Assembly (NCBI GenBank): GCA_965224185.1
Contig: OZ245042.1
Coordinates: 4,804,620 to 4,868,619, forward strand
From: Rhodobiaceae bacterium
GTDB taxonomy: Bacteria > Pseudomonadota > Alphaproteobacteria > Rhizobiales > G965224185
Direction: 5' to 3'
DNA length: 64,000 bases
This document shows positions 8,687-18,916 of the stretch, in pieces. The notes beneath the pieces were generated by a model. The model worked only from the letters and a program-made list of their open reading frames with translations, searched no databases and was not told the DNA's origin. Within the stretch, counting starts at the first letter, position 1; each line of letters opens with the position of its first letter. Position numbers and translations under genes: made by a program.

Positions 8687-10765
8687 TCAGATATCCAATT
8701 CCGTGGCGAATTCGGCGTTGTCCTGGATGAACTGGAAGCGGGCTTCCGGCTTGTTGCCCATCAGCCGGTCGACCGTGCTCTTGGTCGGCGCCAGATCGTC
8801 GCCGGCGACGCCGACCTGTAACAGCGTGCGGGTCTCCGGATCCATGGTGGTTTCCTTCAACTGAGCCGGCATCATTTCGCCGAGACCCTTGAAGCGGTTG
8901 ACCTCCACCTTGCCGCGGCCGGTGAACTCAGTCTCCATCAGCGCGTCGCGATGGGTGTCGTCGCGGGCATAGTGCACCTTGCCGCCCTGGCTGATGCGGT
9001 AAAGGGGCGGCACGGCGAGATGGAGATGGCCGTTATCAATGAGTTCAGGCATTTCGCGGAAGAAAAAGGTGATCAGCAGCGAGGCGATATGGGCGCCGTC
9101 GACGTCGGCGTCGGTCATGATGATCACCCGCTCATAACGCAGATCGTCGTCCCGATAATGGGTGCGGGTGCCGCAGCCGAGCGCCTGGATGAGATCGGCG
9201 AGCTGCTGGTTCTGCTGCATCTTGGCCGCACCGGCGCTTGCCACATTGAGGATCTTGCCGCGCAGCGGCAGCACGGCCTGGGTCTTGCGGTCCCGGGCCT
9301 GCTTGGCCGAGCCGCCGGCCGAATCCCCCTCCACGATGAACAATTCGGTGCCGGCGGCCTGGCTGACCGAACAGTCGGCGAGCTTGCCCGGCAGGCGCAA
9401 TTTGCGGACGGCGGATTTGCGGTTGACCTCTTTCTCGCGACGCCGGCGCAGCCGCTCCTCCGCGCGCTCCAACACCCATTCCAGAAGCTTTGACGCCTGG
9501 GCGGGGGCGGCGGCGAGCCAATGGTCGAAGGCGTCGCGGATCGCGGTCTCAACGATCTTGGTGGCTTCGGTCGTCGCCAGCCGGTCCTTGGTCTGGCCGA
9601 CAAATTCCGGCTCGCGGATAAACACCGACAGCATGGCGCCGGACGAGGTCATGACGTCGTCGCCGGTGATGATCGACGCTTTCTTGTTGCCGGTCAGTTC
9701 CGCATAGGCGCGAAAGCCACGCATCAGGGCGGAGCGCAGGCCGGATTCGTGGGTACCGCCTTCCGGAGTCGGCACCGTGTTGCAATAGGAGTTCAAAAAA
9801 CCGTCGCCGGCAAACCAGGCGACCGCCCATTCCACCGATCCGTGGCCACCGGCATTGTCGGTCTTGCCGGCGAAAATGTCGTCGACGACGCGTTTTTCGG
9901 CGCCGAGCGTCTCGGCGAGAAAGTCCTGCAGGCCGCCGGGAAAATGGAAGACGGCCTCCGCCGGGGTTTCGTCCTTGTCGCCAATCAGTTCCGGGGCGCA
10001 GGACCAGCGGATCTCGACACCGCCGAACAGATAGGCCTTGGAGCGGGCCATGCGGCAAAGTCGTGCCGGGCGGAAGGCGAGTTTGGGGCCGAAGATTTCC
10101 GGGTCCGGCCGGAAGCGGATCCGGGTGCCACGGCGGTTGTGCACATCGCCAAGATGTTCCAAGTCGCCGCTGGCGACGCCGCGGGCAAATGTCTGGCGAA
10201 AGAGTTTCCGGCCGCGGGCGACTTCCACCTCCAGGGTCTCCGACAACGCGTTGACCACCGACACGCCGACCCCGTGCAGGCCGCCGGAGGTCTCATAGAC
10301 CTTGGATTCGAATTTGCCGCCCGCATGGAGCGTCGTCATGATCACTTCCAGCGCCGACTTGTCGGTGAATTTGGGATGCGGATCGACCGGGATGCCGCGG
10401 CCATTGTCGGTGACGCATAAAGAACCATCGGCCTCCAGGGACACGTCGATCCAGGTGGCGTGGCCGGCCACGGCCTCGTCCATCGAATTGTCGATCACTT
10501 CGGCGAACAGGTGGTGCAACGCCTTTTCGTCGGTGCCGCCGATATACATGCCGGGTCGCCGGCGCACCGGCTCAAGCCCTTCGAGCACCTCGATATGGGC
10601 GGCGGTGTAGCCGGCTTCACCCGCGCTGACGACTGCCGCGGCGCCGCCGACAGCAACCTTCTTTCCGGCCCGCGCCCGCTTCTTCGGCTTGGCCGCCTCG
10701 GCCACCGCCTTCAATTGGCTGACGCTTTGGTCGAGCCGGGCAAACAGGTCGTTATCGTCGGACAT
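8687..10765 (-). CDS. parE: DNA topoisomerase IV subunit B
   Basis: 692 aa. It shows a GHKL ATPase (EVIDNSMDEA, DNGRGIP), a Toprim domain (ELFIVEGDSAGGSAKQARDR) and PLRGKILNV. The size and the basic N-terminal extension fit alphaproteobacterial ParE rather than the roughly 800-aa GyrB. Confidence 0.8.
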   Translation of the reverse strand: MSDDNDLFARLDQSVSQLKAVAEAAKPKKRARAGKKVAVGGAAAVVSAGEAGYTAAHIEVLEGLEPVRRRPGMYIGGTDEKALHHLFAEVIDNSMDEAVAGHATWIDVSLEADGSLCVTDNGRGIPVDPHPKFTDKSALEVIMTTLHAGGKFESKVYETSGGLHGVGVSVVNALSETLEVEVARGRKLFRQTFARGVASGDLEHLGDVHNRRGTRIRFRPDPEIFGPKLAFRPARLCRMARSKAYLFGGVEIRWSCAPELIGDKDETPAEAVFHFPGGLQDFLAETLGAEKRVVDDIFAGKTDNAGGHGSVEWAVAWFAGDGFLNSYCNTVPTPEGGTHESGLRSALMRGFRAYAELTGNKKASIITGDDVMTSSGAMLSVFIREPEFVGQTKDRLATTEATKIVETAIRDAFDHWLAAAPAQASKLLEWVLERAEERLRRRREKEVNRKSAVRKLRLPGKLADCSVSQAAGTELFIVEGDSAGGSAKQARDRKTQAVLPLRGKILNVASAGAAKMQQNQQLADLIQALGCGTRTHYRDDDLRYERVIIMTDADVDGAHIASLLITFFFREMPELIDNGHLHLAVPPLYRISQGGKVHYARDDTHRDALMETEFTGRGKVEVNRFKGLGEMMPAQLKETTMDPETRTLLQVGVAGDDLAPTKSTVDRLMGNKPEARFQFIQDNAEFATELDI

Positions 10766-10969
10766 ATGGGATTCTCGAAATCGGTTGCGGTTATCCGGAG
10801 TGAAGCCGCAACTTGGCTCAAATATCCAGATTACGAATCACTTGGCATTGTGACATGAGCGCGGCATTGTTGCGAGAATCCGCGTTCTTTTTTTGTTCCG
10901 GTCATCAATTATCCACTGAATTCTGAAGGACATAGGTCGGAATGTGACCGTAGAAATCGGATGGTCGGC

Positions 10970-11012
10970 AAAAAAAGACCGGCGCGACTTGAGACCGCGC
11001 CGGTCTTTGTTT
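10970..11012 (-). terminator. Intrinsic (bidirectional-looking) terminator downstream of the M23 peptidase gene
   Basis: A 10-bp GC stem, gaccggcgcg/cgcgccggtc, is flanked by an A7 run on one side and TTTGTTT on the other. Confidence 0.6.
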
Positions 11013-11122
11013 CTTCGGATATTTACGGTCCGGTCTGGATCCCGGTGAAGAAGTGACTAGGTGGTCCGGCCGTTACCCGTGGTGTTCGGTATCCCGGTGT
11101 GGTGGATCAGAGATACGACGCC

Positions 11123-12403
11123 CTAGCGAGGCATCGCAACCTTCCAGCCAAGATAGGCGATGATGTCGCGAGCGTGGATTGCTTCGGCCGCGCCGGTGAT
11201 TTCCTCTTTTTCGATGAGGACCACATGCACGTGATCGGTCCGGGCGCCCTGCTTGTTCATTTCCGATCCGTCGCCACAACGCGGCCCGGGATTGGCGATT
11301 CCGCTGCAGCCGGCGCGGGCGATTATTTCGCCTCTCTTGACCGAACGGCCACTCAGCCCATCGAACCCGTCCAAATGGGCGTAGACGATATGGTAGGCCC
11401 GGCGTTTGACCCTGAAGGAAGTAACCGCGTATTTGCCCCATGACCCGCTGCTTGAAAAGAAGGTCACTTTCCCTTTGGCGGGCGCGCGCAGATGGGTTCC
11501 TTGGGGGGCGAATATGTCGATCCCGAAATGAGCCCCCGGATAGGCATTGAACTTGCTTGCATTCGGCGCCCAACAGGCATTCTCCTCGATCCCCGAACAA
11601 TCGTCATGCCATCCGCGATATTGCGGTTTCCTGACAGGCGTCGTGGTGCCGACCCGCAAACTTCCGCGCTGCGCGCTGGAAAAGTCCACCTGTTCCGCCT
11701 CGGGGAGACGCGGGCCGCCCGGAAGATTGGCAACCAGATCTGCAAGGTCCGCCTTTGAGGTCCGGCTTACGGCGGGAGCGGCACCGCCCGCATCGGTCGA
11801 ACGGCCGGAACTTTTAGGGGAGGAGTTCGGCAGGGTATACCTTAAACCATAATCTGAATCTGGGTCCGTATTATCCTGAAAATACTCGTCATTCGGCCCC
11901 AACTTTAGATGACGGGCTCGGGGCGGAATGCGAACGATTGTGGTTTGTCCGAAGAGGCCGAAGTCTTCCTTGATATCCGGCGCCAAAGTGACTTCGCCGA
12001 TTTGCTGGCCATAGCTACCAGGATACCGGAAATGGCGTCTTCCGGCGAACACACCGACCATGGTCTTGATGTTGTCCTTATATTCGGGACCGGCATCAAA
12101 ATCACCTTCCCGCCGCAGGCCCATATAATCATATGCCCGCAGGCCGAGCTTCTTCAACTTGACACTTGTCGGCTTTTTGGGCGTGTCATGATCGAAGAGT
12201 TTTTCAAGGTAGGTTCCGGCTGGATCCACCTTGATAAAGTAGCCGGATTCCGCCGCTGCGCCGGAGATAAATGCCATGCAGGAAACTGTCGTTGCACACC
12301 ATGCGGTTAGTAAACTTTTTACGCCCATATCAAACACCATTACGAGTATCAAATTCTCGCTAAGGTAGGGTCGGTATCTTGATATTTGATTAAATTTCAA
12401 CAC
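11123..12403 (-). CDS. Secreted M23/LytM-family metallopeptidase with uncharacterised N-terminal region
   Basis: The C-terminal domain carries HFGIDI (HxxxD) and DHVHVV (HxH) zinc motifs. A signal-like segment, MGVKSLLTAWCATTVSCMAFISGAAA, is present, so the true start may be at 12328. The gene is visibly lower in GC than its neighbours. Confidence 0.7.
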   Translation of the reverse strand: MLKFNQISRYRPYLSENLILVMVFDMGVKSLLTAWCATTVSCMAFISGAAAESGYFIKVDPAGTYLEKLFDHDTPKKPTSVKLKKLGLRAYDYMGLRREGDFDAGPEYKDNIKTMVGVFAGRRHFRYPGSYGQQIGEVTLAPDIKEDFGLFGQTTIVRIPPRARHLKLGPNDEYFQDNTDPDSDYGLRYTLPNSSPKSSGRSTDAGGAAPAVSRTSKADLADLVANLPGGPRLPEAEQVDFSSAQRGSLRVGTTTPVRKPQYRGWHDDCSGIEENACWAPNASKFNAYPGAHFGIDIFAPQGTHLRAPAKGKVTFFSSSGSWGKYAVTSFRVKRRAYHIVYAHLDGFDGLSGRSVKRGEIIARAGCSGIANPGPRCGDGSEMNKQGARTDHVHVVLIEKEEITGAAEAIHARDIIAYLGWKVAMPR

Positions 12404-12621
12404 GTTATCTAATTATTTGTGGTAGCTAGTCCGTTGTTCTTTTCGAGATTTAGTTGAGAGATTTTCGACAACGTTCGATAGCCGCTATCGGTCTGATTAA
12501 TCTCATTCGGTTCAACCAATTGAATTCGATGTTTCGAGGTGTTGAGAAACTGCCTGGGCAGGGTAAATCGGCTTCGCAACGCCTAGCCACCTCGTCTATG
12601 ATCGGCTGATCATTTCTCCGA

Positions 12622-15027
12622 TTGGAATTAGTCACAGCCATGCCCATTGAACCCTTGCCAGCCAATTCATTACGGCGCAAAACCGATCCGCGTGCCCTCG
12701 GATTCAAGACCACGGCCGATCTGGAGCCCGCCGGGGGGTTGATTGGTCAGGACCGGGCGCTTGACGCATTGCATTTCGGTGTCGCCATGCGGGCGCGGGG
12801 CTACAATATTTATGCGCTCGGGGCGCAGGGTTCAGGTCGGCACAATGCGATCCGCCGCTTCGTGGAAGCGCGGGCCAAGGCAGAACCGGCCGCTATCGAC
12901 TGGATCTATCTGCACAATTTCGACGAACCGCACCGGCCAAGAGCCCTGGCAGTGCCGACCGGCCGCGCGGCGGCATTGGCGGCCGCGCTCGACGCCCTGG
13001 TGGATCAGCTAAAGAGCGCCTTGCCGGCCGTCTTTGAAAGCGAGGATTATCGCACCCGCCGCCAGGCCATCGATCAGGCATTCCAACAGGAGCAGCAGGA
13101 CGCCTTCCAGGCGCTGTCGGAAAAGGCGGAGCGCCAGGGCCTGAAACTGATCCCGCAGCCGAAAGGCATGGTGATTTCGCCGGTGCGCAACGGCGAGCCG
13201 ATCAGTTCAGAGATCCTCAAACGCATGCCGAAAGTGGAGCGCGAGGCGATTGAGGCCAATGTGGCGGTGCTGATGGAAGAGCTGTCCCAGGTCATGCGCA
13301 CCATTCCGCAAAAAGACAAGGAGCGGCGCGACAAGATCCGCAATCTGGATCGGGAAACGGCGGAATTGGCGATCGACCGGGCGACGCAGGATTGCCTGGT
13401 CGGATTCGACGACATTCCCGAATTGCCGGCGCATCTGGAGCGCATGGGGGCCCATATTATCGACAATGCCCAGGTGTTTCTGGGCGACGGGCAGGGACCG
13501 GAGGAACCGCTTGATCAACGGTTCAACAAGTATCGGGCCAATGCCCTGGTGCGCAATGCCGCCGATTGCGGGGCACCGGTGGTCTATGCGGATTCCCCGG
13601 ATATCGGCCATCTGCTCGGGCGTATCGAGCATGTACCGCATATGGGCGCGATGCTGACCGACTTCACGCTGATCAAGCGCGGCGCCCTGCACGAGGCCAA
13701 TGGCGGCTATCTGCTGCTCGATGCATCGCGGCTTCTGGCGATGCCCCTTGCCTGGCATGCCCTGAAGCGGTGTCTGCGGTCACGGGAGATCGCCATTGAA
13801 TCGCCGCTGACCGGATCAAGCACCATGACCGCGGTCACCTTGGAGCCGGAGCCGATCCCGCTCAATGTTAAAGTCGTGCTGTTCGGCGAGCGGCAGACGC
13901 TCAACATGCTCGCCGCGCTGGATCTCGATTTCGGCGAACTCTTCAAGGTGGCGGCCGAATTCGATGACACAATTGAGCGAAACGACGCTTCAGAGATCGA
14001 ATTCTGCCGGCTGATCGCGGGGATCGCCCGCGACGAGATCGACCGTCCCGTCGATGCCGGCGGCTGCGCGGCGATCATTGACAGGGCGAGCCGGATGACC
14101 GGAGATTCGGAACGCATCTCCTTAAAAATCAGCCTGATCGCCGACTTGATCCGGGAAGCCGATTATTGGGCGCAACAATCGAAGGCCAAGACAATCGGCG
14201 CCAAGCATGTGGTCAAGGCCGTCGGCGAGCAGATCCGCCGGGTCGACCTGGTGCGCGAAAAGGTGCACGAGCAGGTGACCCGGGATACGATCATGATCGA
14301 CACCGAGGGATCGGCGGTCGGCCAGATCAACGGGTTATCGGTTTTGCAGACCGGGGCCTATGCCTTCGGCAAGCCGAGCCGGATCACGGCCCGGGTGCGC
14401 ATGGGGGCCGGCAAGGTGGTGGATATCGAGCGCGAGGTCGATCTCGGTGGCGCGCTGCATTCGAAGGGGGTCTTGATCCTTTCCGGTTTCCTGGCCGCGC
14501 GCTATGCCACCGATGTTCCCGTGTCGATGGCGGCCAGCCTGGTCTTCGAGCAGTCCTATGGCGGCGTCGACGGCGATTCGGCGTCGTCCACGGAGCTCTA
14601 CGCCCTGTTGTCGGCGCTGGCCGAAGTCCCGATCCGCCAGGGGCTCGCGGTTACCGGTTCGGTTAATCAAAGCGGCGAAGTGCAGGCGATCGGCGGCGTC
14701 AACGAAAAGATCGAAGGCTATTTCGATATTTGCCGGGCCAACGGGCTGACCGGGGACCAGGGGGTGCTGATCCCGGCGGCGAATGTGGTGCACCTGATGT
14801 TGCGCGACGACGTTGTGGCGGCCTGCAAGAAGGGCAAATTCCATATCCATGCGGTGCGTCACATCGACGAGGGCATCGAACTTTTGACAGGAATGCCGGC
14901 CGGTAATCGGGATGAGGATGGGGCGTTTCCCGAGGGATGCATCAATCGACTGGTGGAAGACCGCCTCACCGAGTTCGCCCTTACGCGGCATCGCTTCGGA
15001 AATTCCGAAAATGACGAAACCGTGTGA
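12622..15027 (+). CDS. LonC-like (Lon-related, COG1067-type) protease with degenerate AAA+ motifs
   Basis: 801 aa. The C-terminal Lon S16 protease domain has the Ser motif GDSASSTELYALLSAL and the Lys motif GVNEKIEGYF. The Walker-A-like segment GAQGSGRH and Walker-B-like segment YLLLDA both lack canonical residues. A long helical insertion spans about residues 130-300. Confidence 0.75.
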   Translation: MELVTAMPIEPLPANSLRRKTDPRALGFKTTADLEPAGGLIGQDRALDALHFGVAMRARGYNIYALGAQGSGRHNAIRRFVEARAKAEPAAIDWIYLHNFDEPHRPRALAVPTGRAAALAAALDALVDQLKSALPAVFESEDYRTRRQAIDQAFQQEQQDAFQALSEKAERQGLKLIPQPKGMVISPVRNGEPISSEILKRMPKVEREAIEANVAVLMEELSQVMRTIPQKDKERRDKIRNLDRETAELAIDRATQDCLVGFDDIPELPAHLERMGAHIIDNAQVFLGDGQGPEEPLDQRFNKYRANALVRNAADCGAPVVYADSPDIGHLLGRIEHVPHMGAMLTDFTLIKRGALHEANGGYLLLDASRLLAMPLAWHALKRCLRSREIAIESPLTGSSTMTAVTLEPEPIPLNVKVVLFGERQTLNMLAALDLDFGELFKVAAEFDDTIERNDASEIEFCRLIAGIARDEIDRPVDAGGCAAIIDRASRMTGDSERISLKISLIADLIREADYWAQQSKAKTIGAKHVVKAVGEQIRRVDLVREKVHEQVTRDTIMIDTEGSAVGQINGLSVLQTGAYAFGKPSRITARVRMGAGKVVDIEREVDLGGALHSKGVLILSGFLAARYATDVPVSMAASLVFEQSYGGVDGDSASSTELYALLSALAEVPIRQGLAVTGSVNQSGEVQAIGGVNEKIEGYFDICRANGLTGDQGVLIPAANVVHLMLRDDVVAACKKGKFHIHAVRHIDEGIELLTGMPAGNRDEDGAFPEGCINRLVEDRLTEFALTRHRFGNSENDETV

Positions 15028-15233
15028 TTGCGCGGGTGCCGGCGGCAAAAGCGGAGCGGCAACAACAAAAAAAGACTGAGCGGTAAGTGATCCGACACTC
15101 GGATAAGCCTGCTGCTGGCATAATCGATTAGGGATTTCGGCATTGGTTTGCGCCGAAAGACGGTCTGCGAGCGCGGACCGGATCATGAACGAGATCGTGC
15201 CAATCCTAAATATAGAGAGGGAAGGGAACACTC

Positions 15234-16484
15234 ATGAAACTGAAACTTCTTACGGCTATCGCTGCCGGCGCCATCGTGATGAGCGGTGCTGCACAGGCGG
15301 CGGACAAGCTCAAGATTGGTTTTCTGACTACGCTTGAAGGCACCTATACGGTTCTGGGCGAGGACGGCTTGCGGGGTTTCAAGGTTGCCCTGCAGGAGGC
15401 CAATAACATGGCCGGCGGACGGGAGATCGAAGTAATCATCGCCGCCACCGACGCCAGCCCGGATTCCGCGGTGCGTGCAGCCCGCAAGGTGGTGGAGCAG
15501 GATAAGGTCGATATCCTTATCGGCCCGCTGTCGGGTTCGGAAGGCATTGCGCTACGCGACTATTCCAAGACGCAGCCGCAGGTCACCTTCATCAACGGTA
15601 TTTCCGGCGCGCAGGAAACCACCTATGTGACACCATCGGAAAACTTCTTCCGCTTCAACATGGACGGCGCCCAATGGTCCGCCGGCATGGGCGAATATGT
15701 CTATAACGAGAAGGGCTACCGCAGCGTGGCGACGATCGGTGAGGACTATTCGTTCATCTATACCCAGGTGTTCGGCTTCGCGCTTGGCTTCTGCGGCGCC
15801 GGCGGTGAAATCACCGAGCGGTTCTGGGTGCCGCTGGGCACCAAGGACTTTGCCTCCATCATCGCCGCTTTGCCTGACGATGTGGACGCTATCTATCTCG
15901 GTCTTGGCGGCGGCGACGCGGTCAACTTCCTCAACCAGTACCAGCAAGCCGGCGGCGACGCCAAATTGATCGGCGGCACGATCATGATCGACGGCACGGT
16001 GCTCAATTCCAAGGGCAAGGCCAAAGATGCGCTGATCGGGACGCCGGGATCCGGCCCACAGGCCGATGACTGGGACAATCCGAAATGGCAGGCCTTCGTC
16101 AAGGCCTATCAGGATGCCTTCCCGCCGGAAGAGCGCTTTCCGACACCGGCCTTGATGGCCACCGGCTACTACAACGCCTTCAACGCCATGAAGATCTGCA
16201 TGGATAAGATCGGCGGCGACCTGTCTGACGGTCATGCGAAATTCCGTCAGTGCCTGAGCACGTTGGAGCTGGACGCGCCGAACGGCAAGATCAGGCTGGA
16301 CGGCAACCGCCAGGCGATCGGCACCAACTTCATCACGGAAGTGGTCGAGGAGGATGGCAAGCTCGTCAACAAGCTGGTCAAGGTTATCCCGGACGTCAAC
16401 CAGACGCTTGGTATCGATCCGGAGAAATTCGCCAAGATCGGCCTGCCGGCGCGCGAAGTGCCTGAATGCAAGAAGTGGAACTGA
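15234..16484 (+). CDS. ABC transporter substrate-binding protein, LivJ/branched-chain amino acid (Peripla_BP_6) type
   Basis: 416 aa. The signal peptide is MKLKLLTAIAAGAIVMSGAAQA, and KIGFLTTLEGTY and ILIGPLSGSE motifs are present. The start is preceded by GAGAGGGAAGGGA. Confidence 0.8.
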   Translation: MKLKLLTAIAAGAIVMSGAAQAADKLKIGFLTTLEGTYTVLGEDGLRGFKVALQEANNMAGGREIEVIIAATDASPDSAVRAARKVVEQDKVDILIGPLSGSEGIALRDYSKTQPQVTFINGISGAQETTYVTPSENFFRFNMDGAQWSAGMGEYVYNEKGYRSVATIGEDYSFIYTQVFGFALGFCGAGGEITERFWVPLGTKDFASIIAALPDDVDAIYLGLGGGDAVNFLNQYQQAGGDAKLIGGTIMIDGTVLNSKGKAKDALIGTPGSGPQADDWDNPKWQAFVKAYQDAFPPEERFPTPALMATGYYNAFNAMKICMDKIGGDLSDGHAKFRQCLSTLELDAPNGKIRLDGNRQAIGTNFITEVVEEDGKLVNKLVKVIPDVNQTLGIDPEKFAKIGLPAREVPECKKWN

Positions 16485-16676
16485 CGCTCATTCGGCAGCC
16501 TGAATGAGAGCCGGTGGACGCGGCGCGATCAGCGCCATGGTCCACCGGCTCGACCGAACCGGTAGTCCCGGAATTCGGCCAAGCGCCGGAGCGTGAGACT
16601 TCGATCAATTCGTCGGTCCCGGTTCGCTGTTTGACCGGCGAACAAGCACCGGTCGGCCGCGATCGGAGTGGGGGTC

Positions 16677-17810
16677 ATGTCGCTTATTTGCTACATCACC
16701 AAAATCCATTTTGCCGACGGTGTTCTTGGCGACGCCCTGCCGGCGGAGGTGGAACATCTTGGCATCCGGCGGGCGCTCGTCGTCACCGATCGCGGTATTG
16801 TCGAAGCCGGCATTTTGGATCGGCTGCTTGGTGCCTTGCCGGCCGATGTGGATGCGGTGGTGTTTGATGGGGGCGTCGAAAATCCGACCGAGGCGGTGTC
16901 CCGTCAGGCCCTGGCGGTTTATCGCGATAACCGATGCGACGGACTGATCGGGCTCGGCGGCGGATCCAGCCTCGACCTTGCTAAAATGGTCGGGCTGATG
17001 GCAAGCCATGACGGACCGGTCCTCAGCTATGCCGCCATCGAGGGCGGGATTGCCCGCATCACCGATACTCTGCCGCCGATCATTGCCGTGCCGACGACGG
17101 CGGGCACCGGATCAGAAGTCGGGCGAGGGGCCATCATCGTGCTGGATGACGGGCGCAAGCTCGGATTTTTAAGCCCTTATCTGGTTCCCAAAGTGGCGAT
17201 CTGCGACCCGACGCTGACCCTCGACCTGCCGCCCTATCTGACTGCCGCCACCGGCATGGACGCGGTGGCTCACTGCATCGAGACGTATATCGCGACCGCC
17301 TACAATCCGCCCGCCGACGGCATTGCCATCGACGGTTTGACACGGGCGGCGGCGAATATCGAGGTCGCGGTTCACGACGGCGGCAACATCGAAGCGCGCC
17401 GGGAAATGATGGCGGCCGCGGTTAATGGGGCCTTGGCGTTTCAAAAGGGACTTGGCGGGGTGCATGCGATCAGCCATGCGCTCGGCGGGCTGCCCGGCTA
17501 CAAGCTGCATCACGGCACGCTGAATGCCATTTTGCTGCCGCACATCCTGGCCTTCAACGCGCCGGCGGTCGGTGCGCGCTACAGTGCGCTGAAGCAGGCC
17601 ATGGGGTTGCCGCAGAAGGCGGATCTGCCGGATGCGCTGTGCCATCTCAATGAACGTATCGGCCTGCCGACCCGGCTTGGCGAGATCGGCGTCGACTTGC
17701 CTGCTGTCGAGGCCGCCGCGCCATTGGCGGAAAAGGATCACACGAACCGAACCAATCCGCGCAAGGCTCGGTCCAGCGATTACCGGGAGATCATGATTTC
17801 CGCGCTTTAG
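16677..17810 (+). CDS. Iron-containing (group III) alcohol dehydrogenase
   Basis: IAVPTTAGTGSEVGRGA and GVHAISHALGG motifs. The ATG at 16677 follows GGAGTGGGGG; the ORF-track start at 16668 is a GTG. Confidence 0.8.
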   Translation: MSLICYITKIHFADGVLGDALPAEVEHLGIRRALVVTDRGIVEAGILDRLLGALPADVDAVVFDGGVENPTEAVSRQALAVYRDNRCDGLIGLGGGSSLDLAKMVGLMASHDGPVLSYAAIEGGIARITDTLPPIIAVPTTAGTGSEVGRGAIIVLDDGRKLGFLSPYLVPKVAICDPTLTLDLPPYLTAATGMDAVAHCIETYIATAYNPPADGIAIDGLTRAAANIEVAVHDGGNIEARREMMAAAVNGALAFQKGLGGVHAISHALGGLPGYKLHHGTLNAILLPHILAFNAPAVGARYSALKQAMGLPQKADLPDALCHLNERIGLPTRLGEIGVDLPAVEAAAPLAEKDHTNRTNPRKARSSDYREIMISAL

Positions 17811-18082
17811 CATTCGCATATGGCACGGCCGGTCCATTGCTTGCCATGATCCAGATATCCCGGCAAACATGACAGATATTGCTGCAAGCCTTGTAAGAAT
17901 TGCCGAGGTTGAATTGTGACAATCAGCAGATTTACGCGTGCGACCGGGCTTGCCTTTGCCGAGACAGTTGCCGTAACGTACCGGCAAAATACAACAAGAC
18001 CGGCCGAACCGGTGTGCCTGGATGGGCACAGTTCGGAGATGACCGGCCACTCCGATGTCAGCCGCAAAATTCGGGGGGGAGG

Positions 18083-18916
18083 ATGAGTACCGCAGTTTCG
18101 ATTTATCACGGCCAGTTCGGGCGCGCGACCCTTTATCAGCTCAATCGGCCGATGATCACCCATGTTCATCGCGAAGGGCATTTGTCGTTTCACGTGCAGG
18201 GTCCGGCGTCGCACATGACCGTGTCCGGCGCCGACCAGATCTGCAATCCGGCGCAAGGCGTGGCCGTCAATCCGTGGCAGCCGCACAGCTTCCATCCGGG
18301 GGATTGGGAGTACGGCACACTGTTTCTTGTGCTGTATATTAAACCGATTTGGTTTTTGGAATTCGGCCGCAGTGTGACCCCCGGTTTGCGGTTTGGTCGA
18401 CCGGCAATCGAGGTGACGCCGCAAATCCGGATGTCGGTGCAGAAAGTGGTCAATCTGCTGCTGGACTATTCCGACAGCAACTTGTTTGACGGCTATCTCT
18501 ACGAGCTGACGCGGGAGAGTTTTGATCAGTCCTGGCAATGGACTCCCGACAGCGGGTCGATGACCGGCGCCTATCGGGCGTTCACCGATTTCCGGGTGCG
18601 CAAATCCATCAAGCTGATGGAGGAAGCGGTCGGCAGCGATATGGAATTGAACGAAATCGCCCGCGAATCCGGCCTGTCGAGACCGCATTTCTACAAGCTG
18701 TTCCGCAAGCAGACCGGGATCACGCCGAACCTTTACATGAACACGCTGCGCATGGAACGGGCGATTCATTGGCTGTCGGAAAGCCAGAAATCGGTGACCG
18801 ATATCGGCTTGGATCTCGGATTTTCGTGTCAAAGTGGTTTCACACGATTCTTTTCTACCAATGTGGGTATGGCCCCGACCGATTATCGGCGCGTGGTGCA
18901 CACCCTGAACGCATAG
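18083..18916 (+). CDS. AraC-family transcriptional regulator
   Basis: The ATG at 18083 follows GGGGGAGG. A C-terminal double HTH is present (ELNEIARESGLSRPHFYKLFRKQTGITP ... GFSCQSGFTRFFSTNVGMAPTDYRR). Confidence 0.8.
   Translation: MSTAVSIYHGQFGRATLYQLNRPMITHVHREGHLSFHVQGPASHMTVSGADQICNPAQGVAVNPWQPHSFHPGDWEYGTLFLVLYIKPIWFLEFGRSVTPGLRFGRPAIEVTPQIRMSVQKVVNLLLDYSDSNLFDGYLYELTRESFDQSWQWTPDSGSMTGAYRAFTDFRVRKSIKLMEEAVGSDMELNEIARESGLSRPHFYKLFRKQTGITPNLYMNTLRMERAIHWLSESQKSVTDIGLDLGFSCQSGFTRFFSTNVGMAPTDYRRVVHTLNA

Noticed and set aside
11123-15027. The M23 peptidase plus Lon-like protease as a two-gene defence or toxin system (BrxL-like Lon).
   Set aside because: The two genes differ in composition and are divergently transcribed. 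No other BREX or defence components are nearby, and the Lon-related protein matches the LonC-type housekeeping-like family. The pairing may be coincidental. They are kept as separate low-to-moderate findings.
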